A DNA stretch of 64,000 nucleotides. Source: Eledone cirrhosa. Its lineage: Eukaryota. Position numbers and translations under genes: made by a program. How positions within the stretch are numbered: the first letter of the stretch is position 1; every line of letters begins with the position of its first letter. The stretch covers positions 21,204,001 through 21,268,000 of the forward strand of contig OZ024765.1 in the NCBI GenBank assembly GCA_964016885.1, in the 5' to 3' direction. The notes under the pieces were generated by a model that saw nothing but the letters and a program-made list of their open reading frames with translations, did no database searches and was not told where the DNA came from. Below, piece by piece: positions 1 to 15,498 of this stretch.

Positions 1-65
1 ATATACACACAGCATATATATATATATTATATATATATATATGTATGTATATACATATGTATATG

Positions 66-99
<34 letters not shown>

Positions 100-216
100 C
101 ATATACATATATATATATGTATATATATATATATATGTGTATGTATATATATATGTATATATATATATACATATATATATGTATATATATATATACATAT
201 ACATGTACATATATAT

Positions 217-251
<35 letters not shown>

Positions 252-300
252 TATACATATACATATATGTATATGCATCTATATCTATATGTATATATAT
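1..300. repeat. (TA)n-rich compound microsatellite
   Basis: TA/TG/CA dinucleotide tract; the YIYI ORFs are artefacts. Confidence 0.95.
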
Positions 301-760
301 ATAAGTTGAAAAAAAATGAAAACGAAAAACGAAATTTCATTTCTCACTCTTAGTATGGCACTTACTTAAATGTAAGTATGTATGTATACGTACATACATA
401 TATGTATACAGACGTACAGTAGCATGCATATATATATATATATATATATACATACATGCAGGTACACATACATATATGCACGCATCAGTTTAGCAGACGC
501 TTATTATAGCGCTCGCTTTGTTCGTTTGTTGACAAACGAACAAAGCGAGCGCTATAATAAGCGTCTGCTAAACTGATGCGTGCATATATGTATGTGTACC
601 TGCATGTATGTATATATATATATATATATATATGCATGCTACTGTACGTCTGTATACATATATGTATGTACGTATACATACATACTTACATTTAAGTAAG
701 TGCCATACTAAGAGTGAGAAATGAAATTTCGTTTTTCGTTTTCATTTTTTTTCAACTTAT
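301..760. repeat. ~230-bp-arm near-perfect palindrome heading the 471-bp array
   Basis: ATAAGTTGAAAA... at 301 is the reverse complement of ...TTTTCAACTTAT ending at 760; apex at 530-531 (GTTCGTTTGT-TG-ACAAACGAAC); mirror ORFs 382..576(+) and 485..679(-). Confidence 0.95.
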
Positions 761-3700
761 CGTTTTCGGTATGCCTGACCGATTTAACTCACTCAATATG
801 CAAATTAGGCTGCTCAGCCGTTAATTTTCATAAGGAAAGTATATACTTTCGAACGTTCAACTATCTGGCAGATGGGTAAACGGTGCTGATGATAGCTAAC
901 AAGCTTGAAACTAGTACATCGTTCCTGTGTCAGTGTTGAACAAAAAGGTGACGTGGTTGCCTTAACACCGTATGGCATAAATTCAGGCTGTTCAGTTTGT
1001 TGACAAACGAACAAAGCGAGCGCTATAATAAGCGTCTGCTAAACTGATGCGTGCATATATGTATGTGTACCTGCATGTATGTATATATATATATATATAT
1101 ATATGCATGCTACTGTACGTCTGTATACATATATGTATGTACGTATACATACATACTTACATTTAAGTAAGTGCCATACTAAGAGTGAGAAATGAAATTT
1201 CGTTTTTCGTTTTCATTTTTTTCAACTTATCGTTTTCGGTATGCCTGACCGATTTAACTCACTCAATATGCAAATTAGGCTGCTCAGCCGTTAATTTTCA
1301 TAAGGAAAGTATATACTTTCGAACGTTCAACTATCTGGCAGATGGGTAAACGGTGCTGATGATAGCTAACAAGCTTGAAACTAGTACATCGTTCCTGTGT
1401 CAGTGTTGAACAAAAAGGTGACGTGGTTGCCTTAACACCGTATGGCATAAATTCAGGCTGTTCAGTTTGTTGACAAACGAACAAAGCGAGCGCTATAATA
1501 AGCGTCTGCTAAACTGATGCGTGCATATATGTATGTGTACCTGCATGTATGTATATATATATATATATATATATGCATGCTACTGTACGTCTGTATACAT
1601 ATATGTATGTACGTATACATACATACTTACATTTAAGTAAGTGCCATACTAAGAGTGAGAAATGAAATTTCGTTTTTCGTTTTCATTTTTTTTCAACTTA
1701 TCGTTTTCGGTATGCCTGACCGATTTAACTCACTCAATATGCAAATTAGGCTGCTCAGCCGTTAATTTTCATAAGGAAAGTATATACTTTCGAACGTTCA
1801 ACTATCTGGCAGATGGGTAAACGGTGCTGATGATAGCTAACAAGCTTGAAACTAGTACATCGTTCCTGTGTCAGTGTTGAACAAAAAGGTGACGTGGTTG
1901 CCTTAACACCGTATGGCATAAATTCAGGCTGTTCAGTTTGTTGACAAACGAACAAAGCGAGCGCTATAATAAGCGTCTGCTAAACTGATGCGTGCATATA
2001 TGTATGTGTACCTGCATGTATGTATATATATATATATATATATATGCATGCTACTGTACGTCTGTATACATATATGTATGTACGTATACATACATACTTA
2101 CATTTAAGTAAGTGCCATACTAAGAGTGAGAAATGAAATTTCGTTTTTCGTTTTCATTTTTTTTCAACTTATCGTTTTCGGTATGCCTGACCGATTTAAC
2201 TCACTCAATATGCAAATTAGGCTGCTCAGCCGTTAATTTTCATAAGGAAAGTATATACTTTCGAACGTTCAACTATCTGGCAGATGGGTAAACGGTGCTG
2301 ATGATAGCTAACAAGCTTGAAACTAGTACATCGTTCCTGTGTCAGTGTTGAACAAAAAGGTGACGTGGTTGCCTTAACACCGTATGGCATAAATTCAGGC
2401 TGTTCAGTTTGTTGACAAACGAACAAAGCGAGCGCTATAATAAGCGTCTGCTAAACTGATGCGTGCATATATGTATGTGTACCTGCATGTATGTATATAT
2501 ATATATATATATATATGCATGCTACTGTACGTCTGTATACATATATGTATGTACGTATACATACATACTTACATTTAAGTAAGTGCCATACTAAGAGTGA
2601 GAAATGAAATTTCGTTTTTCGTTTTCATTTTTTTTCAACTTATCGTTTTCGGTATGCCTGACCGATTTAACTCACTCAATATGCAAATTAGGCTGCTCAG
2701 CCGTTAATTTTCATAAGGAAAGTATATACTTTCGAACGTTCAACTATCTGGCAGATGGGTAAACGGTGCTGATGATAGCTAACAAGCTTGAAACTAGTAC
2801 ATCGTTCCTGTGTCAGTGTTGAACAAAAAGGTGACGTGGTTGCCTTAACACCGTATGGCATAAATTCAGGCTGTTCAGTTTGTTGACAAACGAACAAAGC
2901 GAGCGCTATAATAAGCGTCTGCTAAACTGATGCGTGCATATATGTATGTGTACCTGCATGTATGTATATATATATATATATATATATATGCATGCTACTG
3001 TACGTCTGTATACATATATGTATGTACGTATACATACATACTTACATTTAAGTAAGTGCCATACTAAGAGTGAGAAATGAAATTTCGTTTTTCGTTTTCA
3101 TTTTTTTTCAACTTATCGTTTTCGGTATGCCTGACCGATTTAACTCACTCAATATGCAAATTAGGCTGCTCAGCCGTTAATTTTCATAAGGAAAGTATAT
3201 ACTTTCGAACGTTCAACTATCTGGCAGATGGGTAAACGGTGCTGATGATAGCTAACAAGCTTGAAACTAGTACATCGTTCCTGTGTCAGTGTTGAACAAA
3301 AAGGTGACGTGGTTGCCTTAACACCGTATGGCATAAATTCAGGCTGTTCAGTTTGTTGACAAACGAACAAAGCGAGCGCTATAATAAGCGTCTGCTAAAC
3401 TGATGCGTGCATATATGTATGTGTACCTGCATGTATGTATATATATATATATATATATATGCATGCTACTGTACGTCTGTATACATATATGTATGTACGT
3501 ATACATACATACTTACATTTAAGTAAGTGCCATACTAAGAGTGAGAAATGAAATTTCGTTTTTCGTTTTCATTTTTTTTCAACTTATCGTTTTCGGTATG
3601 CCTGACCGATTTAACTCACTCAATATGCAAATTAGGCTGCTCAGCCGTTAATTTTCATAAGGAAAGTATATACTTTCGAACGTTCAACTATCTGGCAGAT

Positions 3701-6700
3701 GGGTAAACGGTGCTGATGATAGCTAACAAGCTTGAAACTAGTACATCGTTCCTGTGTCAGTGTTGAACAAAAAGGTGACGTGGTTGCCTTAACACCGTAT
3801 GGCATAAATTCAGGCTGTTCAGTTTGTTGACAAACGAACAAAGCGAGCGCTATAATAAGCGTCTGCTAAACTGATGCGTGCATATATGTATGTGTACCTG
3901 CATGTATGTATATATATATATATATATATATGCATGCTACTGTACGTCTGTATACATATATGTATGTACGTATACATACATACTTACATTTAAGTAAGTG
4001 CCATACTAAGAGTGAGAAATGAAATTTCGTTTTTCGTTTTCATTTTTTTTCAACTTATCGTTTTCGGTATGCCTGACCGATTTAACTCACTCAATATGCA
4101 AATTAGGCTGCTCAGCCGTTAATTTTCATAAGGAAAGTATATACTTTCGAACGTTCAACTATCTGGCAGATGGGTAAACGGTGCTGATGATAGCTAACAA
4201 GCTTGAAACTAGTACATCGTTCCTGTGTCAGTGTTGAACAAAAAGGTGACGTGGTTGCCTTAACACCGTATGGCATAAATTCAGGCTGTTCAGTTTGTTG
4301 ACAAACGAACAAAGCGAGCGCTATAATAAGCGTCTGCTAAACTGATGCGTGCATATATGTATGTGTACCTGCATGTATGTATATATATATATATATATAT
4401 ATGCATGCTACTGTACGTCTGTATACATATATGTATGTACGTATACATACATACTTACATTTAAGTAAGTGCCATACTAAGAGTGAGAAATGAAATTTCG
4501 TTTTTCGTTTTCATTTTTTTTCAACTTATCGTTTTCGGTATGCCTGACCGATTTAACTCACTCAATATGCAAATTAGGCTGCTCAGCCGTTAATTTTCAT
4601 AAGGAAAGTATATACTTTCGAACGTTCAACTATCTGGCAGATGGGTAAACGGTGCTGATGATAGCTAACAAGCTTGAAACTAGTACATCGTTCCTGTGTC
4701 AGTGTTGAACAAAAAGGTGACGTGGTTGCCTTAACACCGTATGGCATAAATTCAGGCTGTTCAGTTTGTTGACAAACGAACAAAGCGAGCGCTATAATAA
4801 GCGTCTGCTAAACTGATGCGTGCATATATGTATGTGTACCTGCATGTATGTATATATATATATATATATATATGCATGCTACTGTACGTCTGTATACATA
4901 TATGTATGTACGTATACATACATACTTACATTTAAGTAAGTGCCATACTAAGAGTGAGAAATGAAATTTCGTTTTTCGTTTTCATTTTTTTTCAACTTAT
5001 CGTTTTCGGTATGCCTGACCGATTTAACTCACTCAATATGCAAATTAGGCTGCTCAGCCGTTAATTTTCATAAGGAAAGTATATACTTTCGAACGTTCAA
5101 CTATCTGGCAGATGGGTAAACGGTGCTGATGATAGCTAACAAGCTTGAAACTAGTACATCGTTCCTGTGTCAGTGTTGAACAAAAAGGTGACGTGGTTGC
5201 CTTAACACCGTATGGCATAAATTCAGGCTGTTCAGTTTGTTGACAAACGAACAAAGCGAGCGCTATAATAAGCGTCTGCTAAACTGATGCGTGCATATAT
5301 GTATGTGTACCTGCATGTATGTATATATATATATATATATATATGCATGCTACTGTACGTCTGTATACATATATGTATGTACGTATACATACATACTTAC
5401 ATTTAAGTAAGTGCCATACTAAGAGTGAGAAATGAAATTTCGTTTTTCGTTTTCATTTTTTTTCAACTTATCGTTTTCGGTATGCCTGACCGATTTAACT
5501 CACTCAATATGCAAATTAGGCTGCTCAGCCGTTAATTTTCATAAGGAAAGTATATACTTTCGAACGTTCAACTATCTGGCAGATGGGTAAACGGTGCTGA
5601 TGATAGCTAACAAGCTTGAAACTAGTACATCGTTCCTGTGTCAGTGTTGAACAAAAAGGTGACGTGGTTGCCTTAACACCGTATGGCATAAATTCAGGCT
5701 GTTCAGTTTGTTGACAAACGAACAAAGCGAGCGCTATAATAAGCGTCTGCTAAACTGATGCGTGCATATATGTATGTGTACCTGCATGTATGTATATATA
5801 TATATATATATATATGCATGCTACTGTACGTCTGTATACATATATGTATGTACGTATACATACATACTTACATTTAAGTAAGTGCCATACTAAGAGTGAG
5901 AAATGAAATTTCGTTTTTCGTTTTCATTTTTTTTCAACTTATCGTTTTCGGTATGCCTGACCGATTTAACTCACTCAATATGCAAATTAGGCTGCTCAGC
6001 CGTTAATTTTCATAAGGAAAGTATATACTTTCGAACGTTCAACTATCTGGCAGATGGGTAAACGGTGCTGATGATAGCTAACAAGCTTGAAACTAGTACA
6101 TCGTTCCTGTGTCAGTGTTGAACAAAAAGGTGACGTGGTTGCCTTAACACCGTATGGCATAAATTCAGGCTGTTCAGTTTGTTGACAAACGAACAAAGCG
6201 AGCGCTATAATAAGCGTCTGCTAAACTGATGCGTGCATATATGTATGTGTACCTGCATGTATGTATATATATATATATATATATATGCATGCTACTGTAC
6301 GTCTGTATACATATATGTATGTACGTATACATACATACTTACATTTAAGTAAGTGCCATACTAAGAGTGAGAAATGAAATTTCGTTTTTCGTTTTCATTT
6401 TTTTTCAACTTATCGTTTTAGGTATGCCTGACCGATTTAACTCACTCAATATGCAAATTAGGCTGCTCAGCCGTTAATTTTCATAAGGAAAGTATATACT
6501 TTCGAACGTTCAACTATCTGGCAGATGGGTAAACGGTGCTGATGATAGCTAACAAGCTTGAAACTAGTACATCGTTCCTGTGTCAGTGTTGAACAAAAAG
6601 GTGACGTGGTTGCCTTAACACCGTATGGCATAAATTCAGGCTGTTCAGTTTGTTGACAAACGAACAAAGCGAGCGCTATAATAAGCGTCTGCTAAACTGA

Positions 6701-6815
6701 TGCGTGCATATATGTATGTGTACCTGCATGTATGTATATATATATATATATATATATGCATGCTACTGTACGTCTGTATACATATATGTATGTACGTATA
6801 CATACATACTTACAT
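524..6815 (+). mobile_element. Tandem array of 13 full ~471-bp hammerhead-containing units plus a partial unit (non-autonomous retrozyme-like / PLE-derived)
   Basis: The same 66-aa ORF recurs at 470-473 bp spacing; units differ mainly in TA/T-run lengths plus a SNP near 6420; each has an intact HHR; flanked by (TA)n on both sides. Confidence 0.85.
879..923 (+). ncRNA. Type I hammerhead ribozyme, first of 13 identical copies (last at 6532-6576)
   Basis: Stem I AACGGTG/CATCGTT; CTGATGA 886-892; stem II AGCT-aaca-AGCT; GAAA 907-910; minimal stem III in palindromic ACTAGT; predicted cleavage after GUA at 916. Confidence 0.85.
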
Positions 6816-8625
<1,810 letters not shown>

Positions 8626-8791
8626 TCATTGGTATATTTAAACCATTCCTTGAGTTCCATTTGGCAACAATTGTCTCACATGAAAGAACCTAAATGAGAA
8701 ATGTTGGCAACAGATCAAGATTTTAGTAAAATGCTGATTAGGAAGTTGGACAGACTAACAGGCTGACAGATGGACAGACAGGCTGACAGAT

Positions 8792-11700
8792 AAATTTCTG
8801 TTTATTTGCCATGAGGGCACAAAAGAAAGGGACACATACATGGCGGGGGGGGGGGGGGGAGTTTACATAGAAATCAGTAAAAAAATGTAATAACAAATAA
8901 AATTATAACAAAAAGGTCCTCAATAGGGAGGGATCGTTTTGGGGTCACACAAACACACCCGAAAAAAAATGTGAGACCCTTCTCCGCGGGAGCACAGAGA
9001 GAGGGTGCTCGCTTCTTCATTCATCCTTTTCCACCTACAGGCTGAGGTAGAGAGAAGGCCCATTCACACGGGCCATTCTCGCAACTTTCACCGACCTTTC
9101 ATAAAACTGGCTGGGGTGGGGCACCTCTCTCTCCATCCTGATCCTTCTTCCGAAATGGTATCGGAAGAAAAGGACTAGTTGTTGGCCAGAAAGAAAGGTG
9201 TCCGACCTCAGCCCTTTTAGACGCGTCCACCATATAACCTCTTTTACCATGGCTATTACACAGAGGAAGACCGCCTCTCCTTGATTTTTGAAGGGGGGAG
9301 GCAACTTGATCGTTACAATGGCCTCGGTGGTCAACCTAATTGGTCCCACCCGTGACAGCAGTTGTTCGACATAACCCCACAGATCAGCAACGCCCGGGCA
9401 GTGTACCAATGCGTGCGCGACGGTTTCCTCGTCGCTCATGCATCTGGGACAGATCTTTTTCGAGGGGTCCCTACCCGGGCGCCCGTGTCTGTAGAGCTTA
9501 TCCTGAACAGGCAGAGCCCCTCGGTAGCACTGCCTGACCAAGGATTTCTGGAAGTTGTCCATAGGTCCCAGGCCGAAAGTCCTACCGAATAGGCTGGCCA
9601 GTTCGTCCTCCTCCATGCCTAGGGTTTCTCCGAGGGCGTCGTCGCACCTTCTAACCACCAGCCCTCTATAGAATGATGAGGTGGAGTCTCCACCAATAGC
9701 CAGGTCCACCTGTCTGAGAGCCGTGAGCGCCTGGGCACACTCGGTGTGCCAGTCGCCCAGTTTTCTCGGTCTTTGCTTCACCCAGGACTGCAGCTCGGTG
9801 AGTGAGATCAGCCTCGGGAAGGCTCGCCTCACAAACGGGGTCAACACCGGTTGACGGGTGAAGAATACCTGGAGGTGGCGTAGCCTCAATGCGTGTTTAC
9901 GCATTTTTAGCCACGGCATCCCCAGCCCTCCTTTCAAAGAGTGTTGACAGCAGATGGATCTCCTCACCAGAGGAGACCTCTTCTTCCAAATGAAGTGAAA
10001 GAGAGCGCGCTCCACTTTGGCGAGGATCTCACCCGGGCAAGGCATGACAGTCAAGCGGTAATAGATGACGGACGCTATGTAAGCGTTCGCCACCTCCACC
10101 CGACCTTTCAGGGATAGTTTGCACTCGGCCCACTTCTGGGTCCACCTGGAGGTCTGGTCCGAACCAGACCCCGAGCAACTTCACAGGGCCCTCCGTCCAG
10201 CGTCCGACGACGCCATCAGAGGGCATCGGTTTGCCCCTCCACGTGCCGAGTTGCAGCCCGATTGACTTGTCCCGGTTCAGCTTAGCCCCTGTAAACCTTT
10301 CGTACTCCTCCAGTAAGGTGCCGATCGCCCCGATTTCCGCGGTGGTCGACACCATTACTGTTACGTCATCGGCGTAGGCCGACACCGCTTTGCGCAATCC
10401 CGGTTCCAAAGGGATGCCCTGCAACAACTCCAACTTCCGCAGTAGTGGCTCTTGGTCACAGAACAGGGAATTCTCCCGTTCTGTTGCCAGTTGCAGTAGA
10501 CCGCCTCGAGGAGATCGGGGAACAAGTCCGGTATATTAATATATAGTTCGTAGGGCAGACCATCAAGTCCTGGAGATTTGCGTTTGCCGCATAGGCTTAG
10601 CACGTCCCCTATTTCAGCAGCTGAGATCGGCCTGTCGCAGGACCTTGCCTCCTTGTCCGAAAGACGCGGCAGGCCGTCGAGGTATGGACCGAAATCCACA
10701 TCTCCAACCGGCTCCCCGCCCCTCTCGAACAATTGGGCAAAGTGCCTTTGAAAGGCCTCGCACATTTGCTTAGGTTCAAGGATCACCCGTCCATCCTGGT
10801 CTCGCAAAGACCGGATAGTGGATCTAATCCCACGTTTGGCTTCTGTCACACGGGCCCAGCTAACAGCTTTGGTCCCCTCGTTTCCCAGAGCACGTATTTT
10901 GCTTCGGACAACGCAGCCTTCGTGTTTCGCGTCGAAGAACTGGCTCAAGGCCATTCACGACGCTTGCAGTCTGGCCACATTGCCGCTTCTCATTGCCTCT
11001 TCAACATTAACTACCAACTCCCTTTCCTTCCTATTTCTATCTGAGGCTAACTCCTTACTAACTCCTATTGAAACTACTCTAATCTCTCTTTTCAGAGAGC
11101 CCCACCACCTACTGTTGACGATGGCGCCCGTCAACCCCTCCTTAACTAAGGTTCTAATCCGGTCCCTGTAAGCTCTACTTGCCGGTAAGGACAAGTTGAG
11201 CTTGCAGTAACTGGGTCCCTGTCTATGCGTTCTATCAAGGTGGACTATGCAGGTCACTAACTTGTGGTCTGAATAGCCAACCATGAGCATTTCTGGACAA
11301 CTTAAAAAGTCCCTATCCTTAATTCTAACTAAGAACCTATCTAGGTACGATTTAGATTGACCACTGTGGTTTGTCCAAGTCCAGGTTGGCACAGTCGGAA
11401 AATCTAGTCGGTATCTATCGGCCAAGTCAAATCGGCCGATTAACCCCTTGAGGTTATTACAGCCCCCTCTATAGTCCCAATGTGCATCTAGGATACCATT
11501 CCAGTCCCCCACTAAAAGCAAGGAGCGGGACGTCCCTAGAAAAGTCTCCAGACGATGGAAGAAGTCTGACCGCATTGCCCCAAAAGGGGCGTAAACGGCG
11601 ACCAGCCTAAAAGCTTCGCCTTCACCACTGCCAAGGTCCAGAACCACTAGTTGACCCTCCAGGTCCAAGTGTACCGTCTGTGTAGCGAGACCCAGATGTT

Positions 11701-13862
11701 TTTGCAGTAGAACGACAACCCCACCCCCAGGGTGCATCTCAAAGTCCTCAAAGGTGGGGGCTAGTTGTCGCACGCTGCTGATCCGGGCCTCGCAAATAAC
11801 CATCACATTTATACATCGTGACCTGAGGTCATTTAGAAGTTTAGCTTGCTTCCAAGGTGAGCCCAGGCCACGTGCATTTAGACAACCTACTCTTAACACA
11901 GCCATGTTGGTGGTAAAGAAAGAGGCACTTACCTCTCTGCGTCCCGGGGTCCGGGCTGTTCAGTTTCCATGGGGGGGAGGAGTTGGGGGGGGGGTATTAG
12001 TGTGTGGTGGGGTTGGGGTATTTGGGGTTGTGTAGGTGTCTGAGGAGGGGGGTGGGTAACCTTTTAAGAGGACGTGGTTAAACGGTTTGTTACAGGGGGG
12101 GCCCCCACGTCCTCTTTATAAACGTTTTTTAAAGTTTGATAAAGGTTCATGGGGACCCCTTTATCATTTTGAGGTGTGGAGAGTCATCCACTGTCTTAAA
12201 ATTTGGCCCTTCGGTGCAAACCGAAGGGTTGCTGTTTATTATATTGAGCAGCTTTTTGTTTTGTTTGTTGATGTAAGTGTACTGTAATGTTTTTTTCTGT
12301 GACGCTGTTAGTGTTGTGTAATGGGGAGGGGTGCTTTGTGTTGTGTTGGTTTCTTCTGTGTTTGTTTGGTTTCTGTTAGTGGTATGTTTCCTTTTTTTCC
12401 TTTTTACTGGTCGGAACGGTTCTCCTTCATCTTCGCTATGCTCCGATGTAAGGTGTTCGTCCGTGTTCGGGGGTAGGGGGATATTTTGTGGTAGTGTTGT
12501 GTTGGTGTGTATATTTTTTATTGTTTTCTGTGTGGGGTGGGTGTGACTGATTTGTTTCGTGGTCTTTCGTTTTTGTTGTTGTTGTGGTGGTGGTGGAGGT
12601 AGTGTTGTTGGTTTTTGTTGTCGTTGTGGTGGTGGTGTATTTTGTTGCTTTTCTGGTGGTGGTGTTGGTTGTTTTTGTTGTTGTTGTGTTTTTGTTGTTG
12701 TTAGTAGAGGGCAGGCAGTCCTCAGGTGACCTCTGCCAGCTTAGTGGTAACATGAGGACCTCCTGCCTTCCACCATAATATTAATGAAAGTTCGACCATC
12801 CAGTAGTACTCAGTCGGGTATTCCGGCGATTCTCTCTGGTGTCATCTGTATGAGAATCTCCAGACTTCCCCCCCCCCCCCCCGAACAGTCCACTGGTGGA
12901 CTCACCTGCTGATATTAGAATGTCCTTTTCTAGGTCCGTGAATCCTGTCAGGACGGACCAGATGTCTACTTCTGGCGTTGAGCTCCACATTCTTAATCTT
13001 TGTGTTCTTCTTCCTTTATATGTGGGGAAGAAGGTGTATTGTGGTGACACTATAGGTGCCACCGAACATTTTCGAGCCAGCATTTGGTCCTTCATTCGGA
13101 CCATAATGCTGGCATAAAGCTTTCCTCTTTCAATAAAGAGTATGTCCTTTTTAATGTCTTTCAGAACCAGCTCAATTTGACTTTCTGTCAATTGAGCTGG
13201 TTTTCTTGTTGCGTTGGATATAGTCCTGAAAGTTATAGTATTCCTATATACCTGTTGACGAACTTCTTCTGGGGAGTTGATCGTAAAAGAACCATCCTCC
13301 CCAAAAGATACGTATTTTCTGGCATTTAGTAAGTTTTGCTTAGCGTTAGTAATGTCTATGGGTTTGTATTCGATCGTTTTTTTTACCGTTTGGGCAAAAT
13401 AAATTTTGCTGTTTTTGTTGTTTTCGTTTCGTTTATTGTTGTTGCAATGTTGTTGGTTTTATTAATTCCATTTTTTGTGGTATTTTTGTCCCTGTTAACT
13501 TTTTCAAAATTTGGGTTTTCACTCAAATTAACAGACTTTTTCACAGTGTTTTTTTCCATTCGAGAGGAGGGGTAGCTCAACAGTTTGAATTGTTGTTCCC
13601 TCTTTCTCGCTTTTTTGCTTTTTTTTTTTGGGTGGGCGTGGCGTTAGCTTGCAATATGACTTCCTCGTTTTTAACGATATCAATAAACATTTTAAATTAA
13701 AGATTTTCACCCCAAAAGGGGCGAAAATATATTTACCCTACGTCTACAGTCCCAGACGAGGGGTTAGAGTCAACAATAATAACAAAATTCAAATAACACA
13801 CTCACAAATAACAAAGTAGTAATCCAAAATCGAAGAGCCGATGTGAAAGACGTCCACTATCA
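8792..13862 (-). mobile_element. Near full-length, decayed Tx1/L1-clade non-LTR retrotransposon
   Basis: ORF2 pieces: APE endonuclease (10955-11905: LNARGL, GDWN, YLDRFL, SDH), RT N-part (KSPGLDGLPYELY), RT core (AYADDVTV), C-terminal CPRC...HALVHC; ORF1 remnant with a decayed gag-like knuckle (VEGRRSSCYH*..GHL near 12720-12780); AATAAA near the 3' end (8801-8806). Confidence 0.85.
9035..11905 (-). pseudogene. Disrupted ORF2 (EN-RT-Zn knuckle) of the Tx1/L1 element
   Basis: In-frame stop at 10955-10957, internal RT deletion near 10452 (…VTK|EPLLRKL…), frameshift near 10100-10140. Confidence 0.85.
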
Positions 13863-13965
13863 ACGATAGATAGATAGAGGGATAGACAAGCTGACAGATA
13901 GAAAGATAGACAGACTGTCAGACTTGTTGGCAGACAGATTATATGGATATATATATATATATATA

Positions 13966-14232
13966 TATAGGAAAAGAGTCAGGACCCCAACAGCTGAGCT
14001 CCGGTCGTTTCAACAGCTAAGTATTGAGTACTCTGCTGCGTTATGGTCCACCTGGTTCCTTACCACACTTCCTTCATTTTATATATATATATATAACAAA
14101 GGAATTGTGGTAAGGAACCAGGTGGACCATAACGCAGCAGAGTACTCAATACTTAGGGTAGTAGAGTGGGAAATAGGAAAAAGTATGACCTCGACGGCAG
14201 AGCTCTGCCGTCGGGGTCATAGTTTTTCCTAT
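13966..14232. repeat. Fold-back repeat with arms around a (TA)n core plus a GC-rich hairpin; related copy at 22496-22615
   Basis: AAGTATTGAGTACTCTGCTGCGTTATGGTCCACCTGGTTCCTTACCAC is inverted across ~14080-14095; hairpin ATGACCTCGACGGCAGAGCTCTGCCGTCGGGGTCAT. Confidence 0.75.
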
Positions 14233-14244
14233 ATATATATGTAT

Positions 14245-14800
14245 ATATAAGTATGTACACGTACATACATATATGTATACAGACGTACAGTAGTATGTAT
14301 ATATATATACATACATGCACACATATATATATGTACGTATGGATTCACCGAACATTTATTATAATGCTTGGTCTGTTTGTAAACAAACATCCCGTATTAA
14401 GCCGTAGTGTCTAGCAACCATCGTTGCTCGTTTGTTCAACACTGACAAAGCAAGGCTGTACTAGTTTCAAGCTTATTAGCTATCGTCAGCAACGTATACC
14501 TTCCTGCCAGATTGTTGAATGTATATACTTACCTTATGCATATTAACGGCTGAGTAGCCCAATTTGCATATCGAGTGGGTTAATACGGCTTAATACGGGA
14601 TGTTTGTTTACAAACACACCGAGCATTATAATAAATGTTCGGTGAATCCATACGTACATATATATATGTGTGCATGTATGTATATATATATATACATACT
14701 ACTGTACGTCTGTATACATATATGTATGTACGTGTACATACTTATATTTAAGTAACAGCCGTACTAAGAGTGGGAAATGAAATTTCGTTTCATTTTTTCC
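14245..14800 (-). mobile_element. Diverged monomer of the 471-bp family with an inverted partial copy
   Basis: Shares CAGTGTTGAACAAA, TACTGTACGTCTGTATAC, GAAATGAAATTTCGTTT blocks with the array; inversion junction near 14583. Confidence 0.8.
14455..14493 (-). ncRNA. Type I hammerhead (471-bp family)
   Basis: Minus strand: GTTG CTGACGA T AGCT aata AGCT T GAAA C TA G TA CAGC. Confidence 0.75.
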
Positions 14801-14845
<45 letters not shown>

Positions 14846-15308
14846 GTTTTTCCACGTGTGCGTTTTATTTTCATAATCACGCATGATGTTAAACTAACCT
14901 GCTTTTAAATTCCCTTTTTGGCATATTAATCAGTGAGAATTTGGCTATCGTGTTGAGCTCTGCTGATGATCGTATTCCAACGTGACCATCTCCACTGAAA
15001 GTTTATGTGAAATAGTCTTTTTCAAGACTATACAGAGCATTTGTAGGTGTCCCAAATTGAAGGATGAGTATTTTAAACTTTGTTTTATCATGAGTTAAGG
15101 CTCTATTGATTTTTCCCTGGATTTCACTAAATTCTGTTGGATAAATCTATATCCCGATTCTTTTTGTATTGAGTTTGAATTATTTTTCCCACATCTTACG
15201 TTAACTATTTTCCCATTTTGACGCTATAGTCACTTATATATTATGGAATACTGTTGGCTTCTTGCTACAATACTTTCTATACCTTTCATTTATATATATA
15301 TATATATA

Positions 15309-15498
15309 GGGTGGTGAATTGGCAGTATCAGTAGAGGGCCAGGCCCCATGCTTTCTAGCATAGTTATGTCCCTTTACTGTCTGAGTTCAAATCCCATCGA
15401 GGTTAACTTTGCCTTTCACCCTTACGGGGTCGATAAAATAAAGTACCAGTAATGTACTGGGGAAATTGCTGGCCTTGTGCCAAAAGTAAAAACAATTA
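15309..15498 (+). mobile_element. tRNA-derived SINE with Nin/Deu-type core
   Basis: B box GAGTTCAAATCCC followed by GCCTTTCACCCTTACGGGGTCGATAAAATAAAGTACCAG. Confidence 0.8.

Noticed and set aside
814-6667. 13 identical 66-aa minus-strand ORFs as a tandem gene family
   Set aside because: Non-ATG start, no recognisable domain; antisense to the hammerhead and a by-product of the repeat.
14960-15005. CTGATGA...GAAA as a hammerhead
   Set aside because: No supporting stems.
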